IMG/VR virus record: IMGVR_UViG_3300021964_000022
Coordinates: 1 to 64,000 of that record
Origin: a virus
DNA: 64,000 bases
Strand: one strand, 5' to 3'
Part shown: positions 8,880 to 17,893 of the stretch, one piece after another
Numbering within the stretch: the stretch's first letter is position 1
Layout of the letters: each line of letters opens with the position of its first letter
Program-made: the position numbers and the translations under genes
The notes under the pieces: generated by a model
Database searches by the model: none
Told to the model about the DNA's origin: nothing
Seen by the model: the letters and a program-made list of their open reading frames with translations, nothing else

Positions 8880-9366
8880 ACTTATTATACTTTACTGCTT
8901 TCTTTTTAGCCATGTCCCATTTAAGTTTACTTACTCTATCTTTAAAAGTAATACCCTGTAAATGATCCCATTCGTGCAAGAAACATTTTGCACTATAGCC
9001 ATCAATTTTAACTTGTTGCTTTTTTAATTCATGATCGTAAAATTCAACTAATATCTCTTTAGGTCTTGATACTTTAACATACATATTTGGAAAACTTAAA
9101 CAGCCCTCTGTATCAACAACAGTATCTTGTGTATGCTGTAGTATCTGTGGATTAATACAAATAATTGTATTCTCTGGCTTGTCACCCATTATAAAAAGTT
9201 GTGCGTCTAATCCAACTTGACTTGCACTAAGTCCAATACCATTATTGTCTAACATAATTTTTGTCATGTCGTCTTTTACTTTTACAGGATCAAACCCTGG
9301 GTTATCTAAGTCAACTGCTTTTACTTGTTTTTCTAAGAACTTATCTGGATAGTATAATAATTCCAT
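8872..9366 (-). CDS. def: Peptide deformylase
   Basis: All three PDF motifs: GIGLSASQVG, EGCLS, HEWDHLQG. Confidence 0.95.
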   Translation of the reverse strand: MELLYYPDKFLEKQVKAVDLDNPGFDPVKVKDDMTKIMLDNNGIGLSASQVGLDAQLFIMGDKPENTIICINPQILQHTQDTVVDTEGCLSFPNMYVKVSRPKEILVEFYDHELKKQQVKIDGYSAKCFLHEWDHLQGITFKDRVSKLKWDMAKKKAVKYNKYA

Positions 9367-9379
9367 TGTTTCCTCTTTC

Positions 9380-10078
9380 TTATAATTTACTTTCTTTTGC
9401 TACATCTTTAACTAGCTCAACATCTTTAGGTGTACGTTTAAAACGCATTGCCCAATGTTCAGGATCAAGTACATGATATACCATTTCAAGTTGTTCGTTA
9501 TTAAATTTACTCAACATCTCTTTGCCGCTCTTACAATTTAATATTAACCACGGAGATATTTTTCCATCTTTAATATGCCACACTGCTCTGTTTAAACTTA
9601 CGTGTGCAAAGTAATGATTCCAAGGTGCAGGTTCATTTTCACTTGCCCATTCTAGCATAGTTTGTACACTACGTTCTAGTGCAGTCTCTACTCCTTCTTT
9701 ACGAATAAGTTCAACTGCATATTTTTCATACATTTCTTCTTTGCACCAATGATCTAATTTAACTCTACTTGTTACAACATGGTCTATATATTTTTCTGGA
9801 TATAATGGTCTTACATTATTTAAAAAACTTCCGAACTTAACAAATGCATTATAGTAAGGAGAATTACAGAACTCTTCATATGTTTTTTCTTTTTTAGATC
9901 CTGCACTTAATTTATAAAATCTTTGGAATGCATAGAATCCAAAACGTACATGTTTTTCTTCTTTTTGTAAATGTCTACGCTTTTTCTCGCACATATGTAC
10001 AGCAAGAGTTTTCTCTCTTGTGTATCCTGACCCGCAGTAATCGCACACATACGGTTTAGAGTTTGATGTCGATACCAT
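9380..10078 (-). CDS. Hypothetical protein with N-terminal C2H2/C2HC-like zinc finger
   Basis: KPYVCDYCGSGYTREKTLAVHMC; start reassigned to ATG 10078. Confidence 0.65.
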   Translation of the reverse strand: MVSTSNSKPYVCDYCGSGYTREKTLAVHMCEKKRRHLQKEEKHVRFGFYAFQRFYKLSAGSKKEKTYEEFCNSPYYNAFVKFGSFLNNVRPLYPEKYIDHVVTSRVKLDHWCKEEMYEKYAVELIRKEGVETALERSVQTMLEWASENEPAPWNHYFAHVSLNRAVWHIKDGKISPWLILNCKSGKEMLSKFNNEQLEMVYHVLDPEHWAMRFKRTPKDVELVKDVAKESKL

Positions 10079-10511
10079 GTTCTTCAGCCAATTGTTTGAG
10101 TTCTTTTTTTGTAGATGTTCCAGCAAGTAATTCTACCTCGTCTAATTTCATATTCGGATAAATCTGTTTGATAAGTTTAATGCCAGATGCAATGTTCTGA
10201 CCTTCTTTTTTCTTTACGCCTATCCAAGGATGGTACTCTATCTTGCCTGTGCCTCCCGACAAGCATAATAGTTGCCATTGTAGTTTTGGATGTTTACTAA
10301 CAACCATATAGTTTTTATTATAGTATTCGTTAGTTTTAAATATAGCAAGTTCTTGTTTGTCTCTATTGCCTGCTATACTTGCAACATATCTATTTAACAA
10401 CCAAAAACTAACTGACTTCTTTTCGTCATCATTAATTTCGTCCCATACATTCTTAGCACCCATATCAATGGCCGCTAGTATATCTTTTATTGGGAGTTTT
10501 GTTTGTGCCAT
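10056..10511 (-). CDS. Clamp-loader small subunit-like (T4 gp62-like)
   Basis: FWLLNRYVAS, HPKLQWQLL, YHPWI pattern; size and replication context. Confidence 0.55.
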   Translation of the reverse strand: MAQTKLPIKDILAAIDMGAKNVWDEINDDEKKSVSFWLLNRYVASIAGNRDKQELAIFKTNEYYNKNYMVVSKHPKLQWQLLCLSGGTGKIEYHPWIGVKKKEGQNIASGIKLIKQIYPNMKLDEVELLAGTSTKKELKQLAEEHGIDIKL

Positions 10512-11164
10512 TGTTTTAGATCCTCGGGTGTGTTAATTTCTGTTCCATTAAATTGAACTTCAACACAGCCAATTTCAATACCATTTTGTATCCAACGTAG
10601 TTGTTCAAGTTTTTCAATTTCTTCTTCTCTGCTTGGTTTTGATTCTTTTAGTATTTGTGCTAGACCTGACCTATAACCATAAATGCCTAAGTGCCAATCA
10701 CCGTATTCTAAACTTGCTCTACAAAACCAGTTAGCATAATCTCCTGTACGTATTAGTTTAACACAATTAGGATCTTTTTGCAACCTTTTTTCCATAGTTG
10801 TGTACGCTGTTGTTACATCATATAAGTCCAATTTATCTTTAACTGCACGTATAATTTTTCTATTGATGTCAGGCATATCACCTTGTACGTTTATTACTTT
10901 ATCATATGTGTTCGGCAGTTGTGATAATGCACCAAAGCATCTTTCAGTGCCACTTTGATAATCTCTGTCATCTACAATCGTTTGTCCTTCTGGAATAACA
11001 TCTGCTACACGTTGGTCATCAGTTAAAACAAATGTGTCAATATCAGCAGGACAATTATCGTATACTCTACGTACCATTGGCACGCCGTCAAGTAATGCAA
11101 GTGGTTTCTCTGGAAACCTTGTACTTGCCATTCTAGCGGGTATAAGAATAACGCACGATTTCAT
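10487..11164 (-). CDS. kdsB: 3-deoxy-manno-octulosonate cytidylyltransferase (CMP-Kdo synthetase)
   Basis: IPARMASTRFPEKPL, SGTER, INVQGDMP, HLGIYGY, EKLEQLRW, EINTPEDL. Confidence 0.93.
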   Translation of the reverse strand: MKSCVILIPARMASTRFPEKPLALLDGVPMVRRVYDNCPADIDTFVLTDDQRVADVIPEGQTIVDDRDYQSGTERCFGALSQLPNTYDKVINVQGDMPDINRKIIRAVKDKLDLYDVTTAYTTMEKRLQKDPNCVKLIRTGDYANWFCRASLEYGDWHLGIYGYRSGLAQILKESKPSREEEIEKLEQLRWIQNGIEIGCVEVQFNGTEINTPEDLKQWHKQNSQ

Positions 11165-11906
11165 CTACGACCCTTTCAAAGTTATCTAGTCTAAGCATAT
11201 TTGGACCATCGCTTGGCGAGTTATCAGGCACAGGGTGGACTTCGAGGAAGAAGGAAGTGATGCCAAGAGCAGACCCAGCACGAGACAGCCCAGGCACGTA
11301 ATCACGATTCCCGCCGCTACTGTTCCCCAGTCCTCCGGGTTTTTGGACAGAGTGCGTAACATCAAACACAATATCGTTATCATAATTATTGAGCATATAG
11401 ATAAGACCAGTATAGTCGACAACAAGACTATTGTAACCAAAACTTGTACCCCTTTCAGTTATCCAGACATCCTTTGCGCCTTCAGTTTTACTTAGTATTC
11501 CTTCTACGTCCCAAGGTGCTAGGAACTGTCCTTTTTTGATATTTACTATTTTATTTGTTTTGCATGCCGCTTGTATAAGATCTGTTTGTCTACACAAGAA
11601 TGCAGGAATCTGTAATACATCAACTGCATCATTAAAGTATGCGGCTATTTTTAAAATTTCATTTTGATTATGTACATCGGTTAATGTTTTAATTTTGTAT
11701 TTTTCTTTTATTAGAAGAAAGTCTTTCATTGTACTAGCAAGTCCTTGACCGCGAACTCCGTTCACACTTGTACGGTTTGCTTTATCGTAACTTGCTTTAA
11801 AATAATATTCGATATTATGTTTGTCACATACACGTTTGCATTCTTTTGCAATTTCTAAACTTTGCTCTAGTGTTTCATGTTGACATGGTCCTGCTATAAT
11901 TCTCAA
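11133..11906 (-). CDS. kdsA: Kdo-8-phosphate synthase
   Basis: IAGPC, KASYDKANRTS, QIPAFLCRQTDL, KKGQFLAP, ERGTSFGY, DVTHSVQ, EVHP..SPSDG. Confidence 0.96.
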   Translation of the reverse strand: MRIIAGPCQHETLEQSLEIAKECKRVCDKHNIEYYFKASYDKANRTSVNGVRGQGLASTMKDFLLIKEKYKIKTLTDVHNQNEILKIAAYFNDAVDVLQIPAFLCRQTDLIQAACKTNKIVNIKKGQFLAPWDVEGILSKTEGAKDVWITERGTSFGYNSLVVDYTGLIYMLNNYDNDIVFDVTHSVQKPGGLGNSSGGNRDYVPGLSRAGSALGITSFFLEVHPVPDNSPSDGPNMLRLDNFERVVDEIVRYSYTR

Positions 11907-12229
11907 TGTTTTCTCCTTCCGTCAAACACACATACAAAGTAACATCCATTTGGACCTGAGTGTACACGATGAAATACTCCATCTTCAATTAGTACTACAT
12001 CATTTTGTTTGACGCTTATTGTTTTATCGTCTAAATCCATTTTACCACTTCCTGATATAAAGTAATATACTTCTTCTTGACCTTCGTGCTTATGTCCACT
12101 AGTAGATTTATATGGTTGTAAATCTGTACTACTTAATACTAAGTTGTTTAAATGTGTATTATCCTTAACAACATACCTATCATCTTTTTTAGCAACTGTG
12201 CCGCCGACGTTTTGAATTTTAACTTTCAT
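11903..12229 (-). CDS. Cupin-domain protein
   Basis: GHKHEGQEEVYYFISGSG...IEDGVFHRV. Confidence 0.85.
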   Translation of the reverse strand: MKVKIQNVGGTVAKKDDRYVVKDNTHLNNLVLSSTDLQPYKSTSGHKHEGQEEVYYFISGSGKMDLDDKTISVKQNDVVLIEDGVFHRVHSGPNGCYFVCVFDGRRKH

Positions 12230-12485
12230 AGTTTCTATCCTTAATAATATAGTATATATTGACTAGTTTGTCAAGTTGTTTTTTTAAAGTTATGTTAGTT
12301 TGGGCAAGTTCACATAACTCTTTCCACGAACCATAGTCTAATAGCTCGCCTTGTGCCCTTGCAACAGCACCAGGGTCTCCGCCTATGATCCAACGTTCGA
12401 TCTCAGGCTTGTCGCGATAACGAGCATAGACAACACCGTCGCTACGCTCGTATATCAATTCTTCTCCGGGTAGTAAAGTACCCAA
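12219..12485 (-). CDS. Hypothetical protein
   Basis: 88 aa; LIYERSDGVVYAR; overlaps downstream gene. Confidence 0.6.
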   Translation of the reverse strand: MGTLLPGEELIYERSDGVVYARYRDKPEIERWIIGGDPGAVARAQGELLDYGSWKELCELAQTNITLKKQLDKLVNIYYIIKDRNYES

Positions 12486-12490
12486 ATCAT

Positions 12491-13183
12491 CTACGCCTTT
12501 TTCTTAGCTGTCTTTTTAGCCGGTGCTTTCTTTTTAGCTTTCGGCTTTACTTCGTCTTTAAGTACTAAAGCGTCTACACCAAACTTGTTTTTCAAATATG
12601 AAAGTAACAAGCCGTATGCTGGTAGGAACACAATTAAGCCTACAACAATTTTTGTTAATGTATTGTTGAATGCTACTGGTCCAACCCACGGTGCAGGATA
12701 AAATGCTGTGTAAAAGAATGCATATGTATCAATAATGTTTGCCGCAATAGTTGATACTGCTGGAGCAATCCACCATGCACTCATACGCTCACGAATATGT
12801 TGGAATACATATACGTCAAGCATTGTACCTACTGCATATGCAGTACCTGATGCAAGTCCTACTCTGTATGCATGTTCGTCACCTAGTGCTAGTAGTACTA
12901 GTACTGATGCAATAATAGCAGGAATAATTGCCATTGCTACAACGGCTCTACCTGCTTGCTTACCAACTAAACGCACTGTCAAGTCAGTTGCTACAACAAC
13001 GATCGGAAATGTAAACGCCGCCGCCGCTAGTGGAAATGATCCAAACAATGGCAGTTCTGCGCCTGGAAATAGATCAAATCTAATTGTCACTAAGTAATTA
13101 CTAACTGCAATTACTAGTGTGTGTAGAATCACAAGATTCCTTACAAGCGTCTTGTCTACACCTTCTAAAAGTTTTGTTAACAT
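12491..13183 (-). CDS. yhhQ: Queuosine-precursor (preQ0/preQ1) transporter, VUT/YhhQ family
   Basis: Multi-pass hydrophobic; VIAVSNYLV, FTFPIVVVATDLTVRLVG..AGR, RVGLASGTAY, LDVYVF, IDT..FF..AF, LPAYG; basic C-terminal tail. Confidence 0.85.
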   Translation of the reverse strand: MLTKLLEGVDKTLVRNLVILHTLVIAVSNYLVTIRFDLFPGAELPLFGSFPLAAAAFTFPIVVVATDLTVRLVGKQAGRAVVAMAIIPAIIASVLVLLALGDEHAYRVGLASGTAYAVGTMLDVYVFQHIRERMSAWWIAPAVSTIAANIIDTYAFFYTAFYPAPWVGPVAFNNTLTKIVVGLIVFLPAYGLLLSYLKNKFGVDALVLKDEVKPKAKKKAPAKKTAKKKA

Positions 13184-13194
13184 ATGTTCTCCTG

Positions 13195-13545
13195 TTATTT
13201 TACTTTTGTTCCGACAGTTCTACGCACAATATCATTGTGGTTGAATTCTGCCCAATAAAGTTCAAAGGCAACTCCGTCTTCGAGTCCTTCGAACTGATGG
13301 ATCTTACCAGGCTTAACCTGTGTAAAATCCCCTGCTTCAAGAATGGTTTCATCTACGAGACCATCTTGATCATCTTGCCAAACACGGACAATCATCTTGC
13401 CCGATTCAACAAAGAATCCGTTCCATTTAAATTGGTGTTCATGTTCCGAACACTTAAAACCTTTTTTATATTCAATACGATGAAACTCTAGTACACCGTT
13501 TGCGTGGATCAATTCTGTTTGACCCCATATCTTTCCTGCCTTCAT
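13195..13545 (-). CDS. Cupin-domain protein (sugar-isomerase-like)
   Basis: KIWG, CSEHEH..KWNGFFVESG, KPGKIHQF. Confidence 0.8.
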   Translation of the reverse strand: MKAGKIWGQTELIHANGVLEFHRIEYKKGFKCSEHEHQFKWNGFFVESGKMIVRVWQDDQDGLVDETILEAGDFTQVKPGKIHQFEGLEDGVAFELYWAEFNHNDIVRRTVGTKVK

Positions 13546-14111
13546 TTTGACTCTCCTATATCATATTCAAAATCACACACTAGTACTTTCCTATCAAATT
13601 GTGTAGGATAAGTTCCATGATATACCATGCCGTCCATTAGTACAACAGTACCTGGTACGGGGTTCCATTGTTCCATTTTAGTCTTTTGTCCGTCAGCAAC
13701 AATAGCAAATAATGTTCCTGGTTCTAGCATATGGTTACCTGATACGTGTCCTTCTAAAAATAATACAGTTGTGAATACGTTCGGACTTTCATGTCGATGT
13801 ACTCCGACAAATGTATTTTTAAATGCAGGATAATGTACCCACCATGTGCGTAATAGTTTTATATTTGTAATTGGAAATTGAGCTTGTACTGACTCTTGAA
13901 TAAATGTTGCATATGCTCCTTGATCAATATCATGCGGGTATGCAAATTCTTTATCACTATAACTATCAGCATCTAAACTACCTGTAGGCAGTTTATATTT
14001 GTAAGCTGGCCTTTTGTCAATATTAAATAAGTCTAAAAACTTTTCATAGCCAGGATACTGTGTATCAAAAAACCAATTTTGATGTATTTTATTATATTCT
14101 TCTATATTCAT
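13542..14111 (-). CDS. 2OG-Fe(II) oxygenase-like protein
   Basis: GVHRHE..FTTVLFL...VYHGTYP..RKVLV. Confidence 0.6.
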   Translation of the reverse strand: MNIEEYNKIHQNWFFDTQYPGYEKFLDLFNIDKRPAYKYKLPTGSLDADSYSDKEFAYPHDIDQGAYATFIQESVQAQFPITNIKLLRTWWVHYPAFKNTFVGVHRHESPNVFTTVLFLEGHVSGNHMLEPGTLFAIVADGQKTKMEQWNPVPGTVVLMDGMVYHGTYPTQFDRKVLVCDFEYDIGESK

Positions 14112-14692
14112 TGTTGGTCGTTAGTTCCTAATCTAAAATTAAGCATATCGCCATTGCCAACAATCCAACCTGTAAGAATATATTTTGTATTACTTATAGG
14201 AGGATTTCCTCTATGTAGATGTGTCCATCCTGCAGGCCAAATTACAACACGACCTTGTTTTGCTTCTACACGTTTACCTTGATATAAAAACTCTGTCTCG
14301 CCGCCTTCTGCAACGTCATTAAGATATATAGTCCAAGCAAGTACACGTTCAACAGTTGCTTCGCCAAAACGTTCAGCATGCCATAAATGGTATCCTTCGC
14401 CTGACTTTGGTTCGGTTCTTTGCATAACGCATAGGCTACTTAATAAATCTCTATTCTTCAAATAAGGAAAGTCTTTTGCATAATCTTCTAAGCATGGACC
14501 TAGACAATTATAAATGTTATCAACAAAATCTTTACGTGTGCCATCTAATGCAATTTGTGTATCGCTAATAGCACCACTATTCCTTTGGACCATTCTACCC
14601 GAAGTACTTGCTGATTGAAACCACTTAACTAGTTCTTCAACCAATTCTTTAGGTATTCTATTATCGTATATTCGAATAAAATCTTCTTCCAT
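14108..14692 (-). CDS. 2OG-Fe(II) oxygenase (prolyl-4-hydroxylase-like)
   Basis: GYHLWHAE, WTIYLNDVAEGGETEF, WPAGWTHLHRG, KYILTGW. Confidence 0.9.
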   Translation of the reverse strand: MEEDFIRIYDNRIPKELVEELVKWFQSASTSGRMVQRNSGAISDTQIALDGTRKDFVDNIYNCLGPCLEDYAKDFPYLKNRDLLSSLCVMQRTEPKSGEGYHLWHAERFGEATVERVLAWTIYLNDVAEGGETEFLYQGKRVEAKQGRVVIWPAGWTHLHRGNPPISNTKYILTGWIVGNGDMLNFRLGTNDQQ

Positions 14693-15198
14693 TAAAATAA
14701 TTCTCCGTATTGTATTAATTCAGTCTGGCGTGTTACGTCTCTAATAAAGTAAGCACACAACGGATCTTTATCCATTGTAATCGGAATCGTTAATAGTTGT
14801 CCGTTCTTTACTTTAGGAAAAAACCACTTGACATCGTTATAAAAATTAGTTACCTTAATGTCTCCAAAGTCTGGCTTAAAGCTGGTTAACGGATTATATA
14901 AAAATGCTTCGAACCCTCTATCTGCTATACTTGTTAATTGTAATACTTCTAAATCATTTCCGCTTTCACTACAACCTACTGCCATGTGCCAATCAATCGG
15001 CATCATTATTTCATTACCTGCTATCTCTAAAACAATCGCCGGACTACTAAAAGATTCTAGAAATATCAAAGGAACGTAAAAAAAGTCTGGCTCTTTTGGA
15101 TCTGAATTATCTAATATACTAAATCTTATATCTTCTTCTAACTCGTCGGGTAGTTGCTGTAGATCAAGCGGTTGGTTTTCTAATGTTAATATTCTCAT
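14692..15198 (-). CDS. Conserved hypothetical protein coupled to UvsW (possible degenerate Hint fold)
   Basis: MRILTLEN start overlaps the helicase stop; beta-rich pattern. Confidence 0.6.
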   Translation of the reverse strand: MRILTLENQPLDLQQLPDELEEDIRFSILDNSDPKEPDFFYVPLIFLESFSSPAIVLEIAGNEIMMPIDWHMAVGCSESGNDLEVLQLTSIADRGFEAFLYNPLTSFKPDFGDIKVTNFYNDVKWFFPKVKNGQLLTIPITMDKDPLCAYFIRDVTRQTELIQYGELF

Positions 15199-16658
15199 TT
15201 CCAATCCACCTTTTCTATTGTAAAGGGATACTCTGCTTCTTTGTAAAACTTTTTACGTTGAGTCAGATGTCGCTTCGCAAACTTACATGTTGATGTAAGA
15301 TCCCATATTTGCACGAAGTCTTTGTCCTTTGCCTTTCTTACGCCTCTACCTATAGATTGTATAACTCTTACAAAACTTTTCCCAGGTTCAATAAGAACAA
15401 GATTGAAAATACGAGGAATGTTAATCCCAACCGCGGCTACTCCATATGTAGCAATTACTACATGATTTGTACCTTGGTTAATATCATCATATGCTTCTTT
15501 TCTATCTTTTAATTTAACGTCTCCTTTAACAAAAACGCTTCCAGGTATCTGCTCAGCAAGCATTTCACCTGCTGATATTCTGTCTACTAGTATTAGTGTG
15601 TTGCCTGATTCTTTTACATTGTTTAATAGTTTGCCTATATATTCTAGTCTTTGTTGATTTGTTGTTAAGTATTTTAATTCTGATTGATAATCTGTATGTG
15701 CTACTGTGTCTATTAACTGCACTACGTTAACATGACATTGTGATAGTACTCCTTTATCTTGAAGTTCTTTTGCACTAATTTGTCCTATAACAGGGCCTAA
15801 GGATGCATGTATGGACTCAAATTCGAACTTTTCTCTTGGTATAGTACCAGTTAGTCCCCAACGTATTGGAGCATTTTTTAAGTTACGTGTGAGTAAATTT
15901 TTAAGAACTTCTGCTTTTGCTTGATGAACTTCATCAACAATAACAGTACTAACACCGTCTAAGAACTCTGCAAGTGATAACACTGCTGAGCCATCTTTAT
16001 GCTTCTTGTCAAGTATATTCAAACTCTGCCAAGTGCAAATAGTGTGCGTCTTTCCTAGTTCTTTTCTGTCTCCAAAGTATACACCTACATCAAGTCCACA
16101 GTTAATATAATCTTCTTCTGTTTGTGTAACAAGCGACTTGTTAGGTACAATAACAAGACTACGTCCATACGGTTCAGTTAAATGACTTAGTGTAGCAGTA
16201 GTGATAGTCTTACCTGCTCCGGTTGCGATCTGTTGCAAGCTCTGTGGATGTTTTAAAAAGTTATTAATTGACTCTACTTGATAGTCACGTAGAATAATAT
16301 CTTCGCCTTCTGCTGGATGTCCTTTGGGCCATACAACTCCTAAGTCTTTCCAATAGTTTTCTGTAACAGGCGTAAAGTTTAATGTAATAGGATGACGTCT
16401 ATCTTCAATGTCTACTATTTGTACATTATTTTTTTGTAGCACTTCACTAACAACATCAAGATGGTTGACATAGCCAGTACCACCAATACCAAAGAAAGCA
16501 ACCTTTCCATCCCAACGACCAAGTTTATACTGTGGCATGTATCTTGCATAAGGCACTTCAAACTTGAGAGCATTCGCCAATTTCCTTCGTACATCAACTT
16601 CTAGTCCTTCTAGTTTTATGTTTACTTCATCTTCGATTATTAATTTACATGATGCCAT
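15195..16658 (-). CDS. uvsW: UvsW-like superfamily 2 helicase
   Basis: LRDYQ, ATGAGKT, DEVH, GLTGT, ATYGVAAVGINIP, QSIGRGVR. Confidence 0.9.
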   Translation of the reverse strand: MASCKLIIEDEVNIKLEGLEVDVRRKLANALKFEVPYARYMPQYKLGRWDGKVAFFGIGGTGYVNHLDVVSEVLQKNNVQIVDIEDRRHPITLNFTPVTENYWKDLGVVWPKGHPAEGEDIILRDYQVESINNFLKHPQSLQQIATGAGKTITTATLSHLTEPYGRSLVIVPNKSLVTQTEEDYINCGLDVGVYFGDRKELGKTHTICTWQSLNILDKKHKDGSAVLSLAEFLDGVSTVIVDEVHQAKAEVLKNLLTRNLKNAPIRWGLTGTIPREKFEFESIHASLGPVIGQISAKELQDKGVLSQCHVNVVQLIDTVAHTDYQSELKYLTTNQQRLEYIGKLLNNVKESGNTLILVDRISAGEMLAEQIPGSVFVKGDVKLKDRKEAYDDINQGTNHVVIATYGVAAVGINIPRIFNLVLIEPGKSFVRVIQSIGRGVRKAKDKDFVQIWDLTSTCKFAKRHLTQRKKFYKEAEYPFTIEKVDWK

Positions 16659-17858
16659 TTATATTATCTCAAAATTCTTACTTGCATATCTGTCTATCAT
16701 TCCCATTTCATTATAATAGTGTATCAATAAATCATAATTTTCTACATATGCTTTACTTTTTGAAGCAGGCCCTAATCTAGCAAATGATATTGTCATTGCT
16801 GGTTTAAAGTCGCTTTGTACTAACGGTTTAGGAACTTTAGTATCTTTAATATACACTATTTTTGTATCGTTGTCAACTATATTATTAAGTTTTTTTGACT
16901 TAATATATTGATTAAAGTCTTTGCCAGGTTCGTCAATGTTATCTAATCTAAACAAAACACTTTGCTGTTTTGCTGGAATTATTCCATTTACTGCTTCATA
17001 GAATTCTTCTAACATATGTAAACTATCGTTGTCTAAAATTATTACAATCGGAAAACGTTTAATTTCGCTTATTGTATCAATAAGATTATATAAGTTATAT
17101 TTTCTAGAGCTAACAAAAACATTAGGTAATTCTCTTTTAATTATTTTTGTTGTAAGTGGAGTGTAATTAAAAAGTTTTTTCTCAACTTCGTCTTCGTCAA
17201 AAATATGTAACCCGTAAAGAAAACGTCTATCATAATACAAAGCAAGATTATCATATATATTTCCGCAATCTTTTTCTAAATAATTTATTGCTTTTTCTGG
17301 TAAATTTTTAATTTGATAATCATATACACCCGGAATATAATTGTCTTTCGATTCGTTTATTATACTTAATTGATTGTACATATCAAGAAGTTGTTCGTCT
17401 ACTGTAAACTTGTGTTCAAACTTTTTAACTACATTCATAAGTTTAAAAAGATATGTTTCGCTAAAAGGAAAGGTATGTACGTGTTCTTTATATCCATGAA
17501 CTTTAGGATCAATTCTACGGAGTTCTTCAATACGATCAATAATTTTTTTACTAAATGGAAATCTTATCTTTAATAAATCGTCCTCTTTAATAAGCCAATG
17601 GCTTCGATCTATTTCACGTAACGGCATACGTAATTCATCCAAGTACATGCTTAGGTCTATAGAATTTTGTGTAAACTGCTTTGTATATTCTATTAACTTT
17701 GTTCTTACTAAAGAATATTGTCTATCAGTTAGTGCAGTTTTCTTTTTTAACTGTCTAGCAATACTAGTAAGAATGTTTATATCAGACTTTTCTAATACGA
17801 ATTCAGGTGAATATACTAGTGTTTCGAGGCAATCTTCGATATTATTTACTTTAAACAT
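16659..17858 (-). CDS. Hypothetical protein
   Basis: 399-aa ORF directly upstream of uvsW with its own consensus promoter. Confidence 0.7.
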   Translation of the reverse strand: MFKVNNIEDCLETLVYSPEFVLEKSDINILTSIARQLKKKTALTDRQYSLVRTKLIEYTKQFTQNSIDLSMYLDELRMPLREIDRSHWLIKEDDLLKIRFPFSKKIIDRIEELRRIDPKVHGYKEHVHTFPFSETYLFKLMNVVKKFEHKFTVDEQLLDMYNQLSIINESKDNYIPGVYDYQIKNLPEKAINYLEKDCGNIYDNLALYYDRRFLYGLHIFDEDEVEKKLFNYTPLTTKIIKRELPNVFVSSRKYNLYNLIDTISEIKRFPIVIILDNDSLHMLEEFYEAVNGIIPAKQQSVLFRLDNIDEPGKDFNQYIKSKKLNNIVDNDTKIVYIKDTKVPKPLVQSDFKPAMTISFARLGPASKSKAYVENYDLLIHYYNEMGMIDRYASKNFEII

Positions 17859-17864
17859 GTAGCT

Positions 17865-17893
17865 ATTATACTATATTATAGCAATGATGTCAA
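17865..17893 (-). promoter_or_regulatory. Perfect sigma70 promoter TTGACA-N17-TATAAT, -10 six nt before ATG 17858
   Basis: Minus strand aaacacTTGACAtcattgctataatatagTATAATagctacATG. Confidence 0.8.

Noticed and set aside
8316-9400. Frameshifted or intein-split full-length dnaE
   Set aside because: The upstream ORF is an intact def and the downstream ORF is convergent; no adjacent DnaE sequence or intein motifs in other frames
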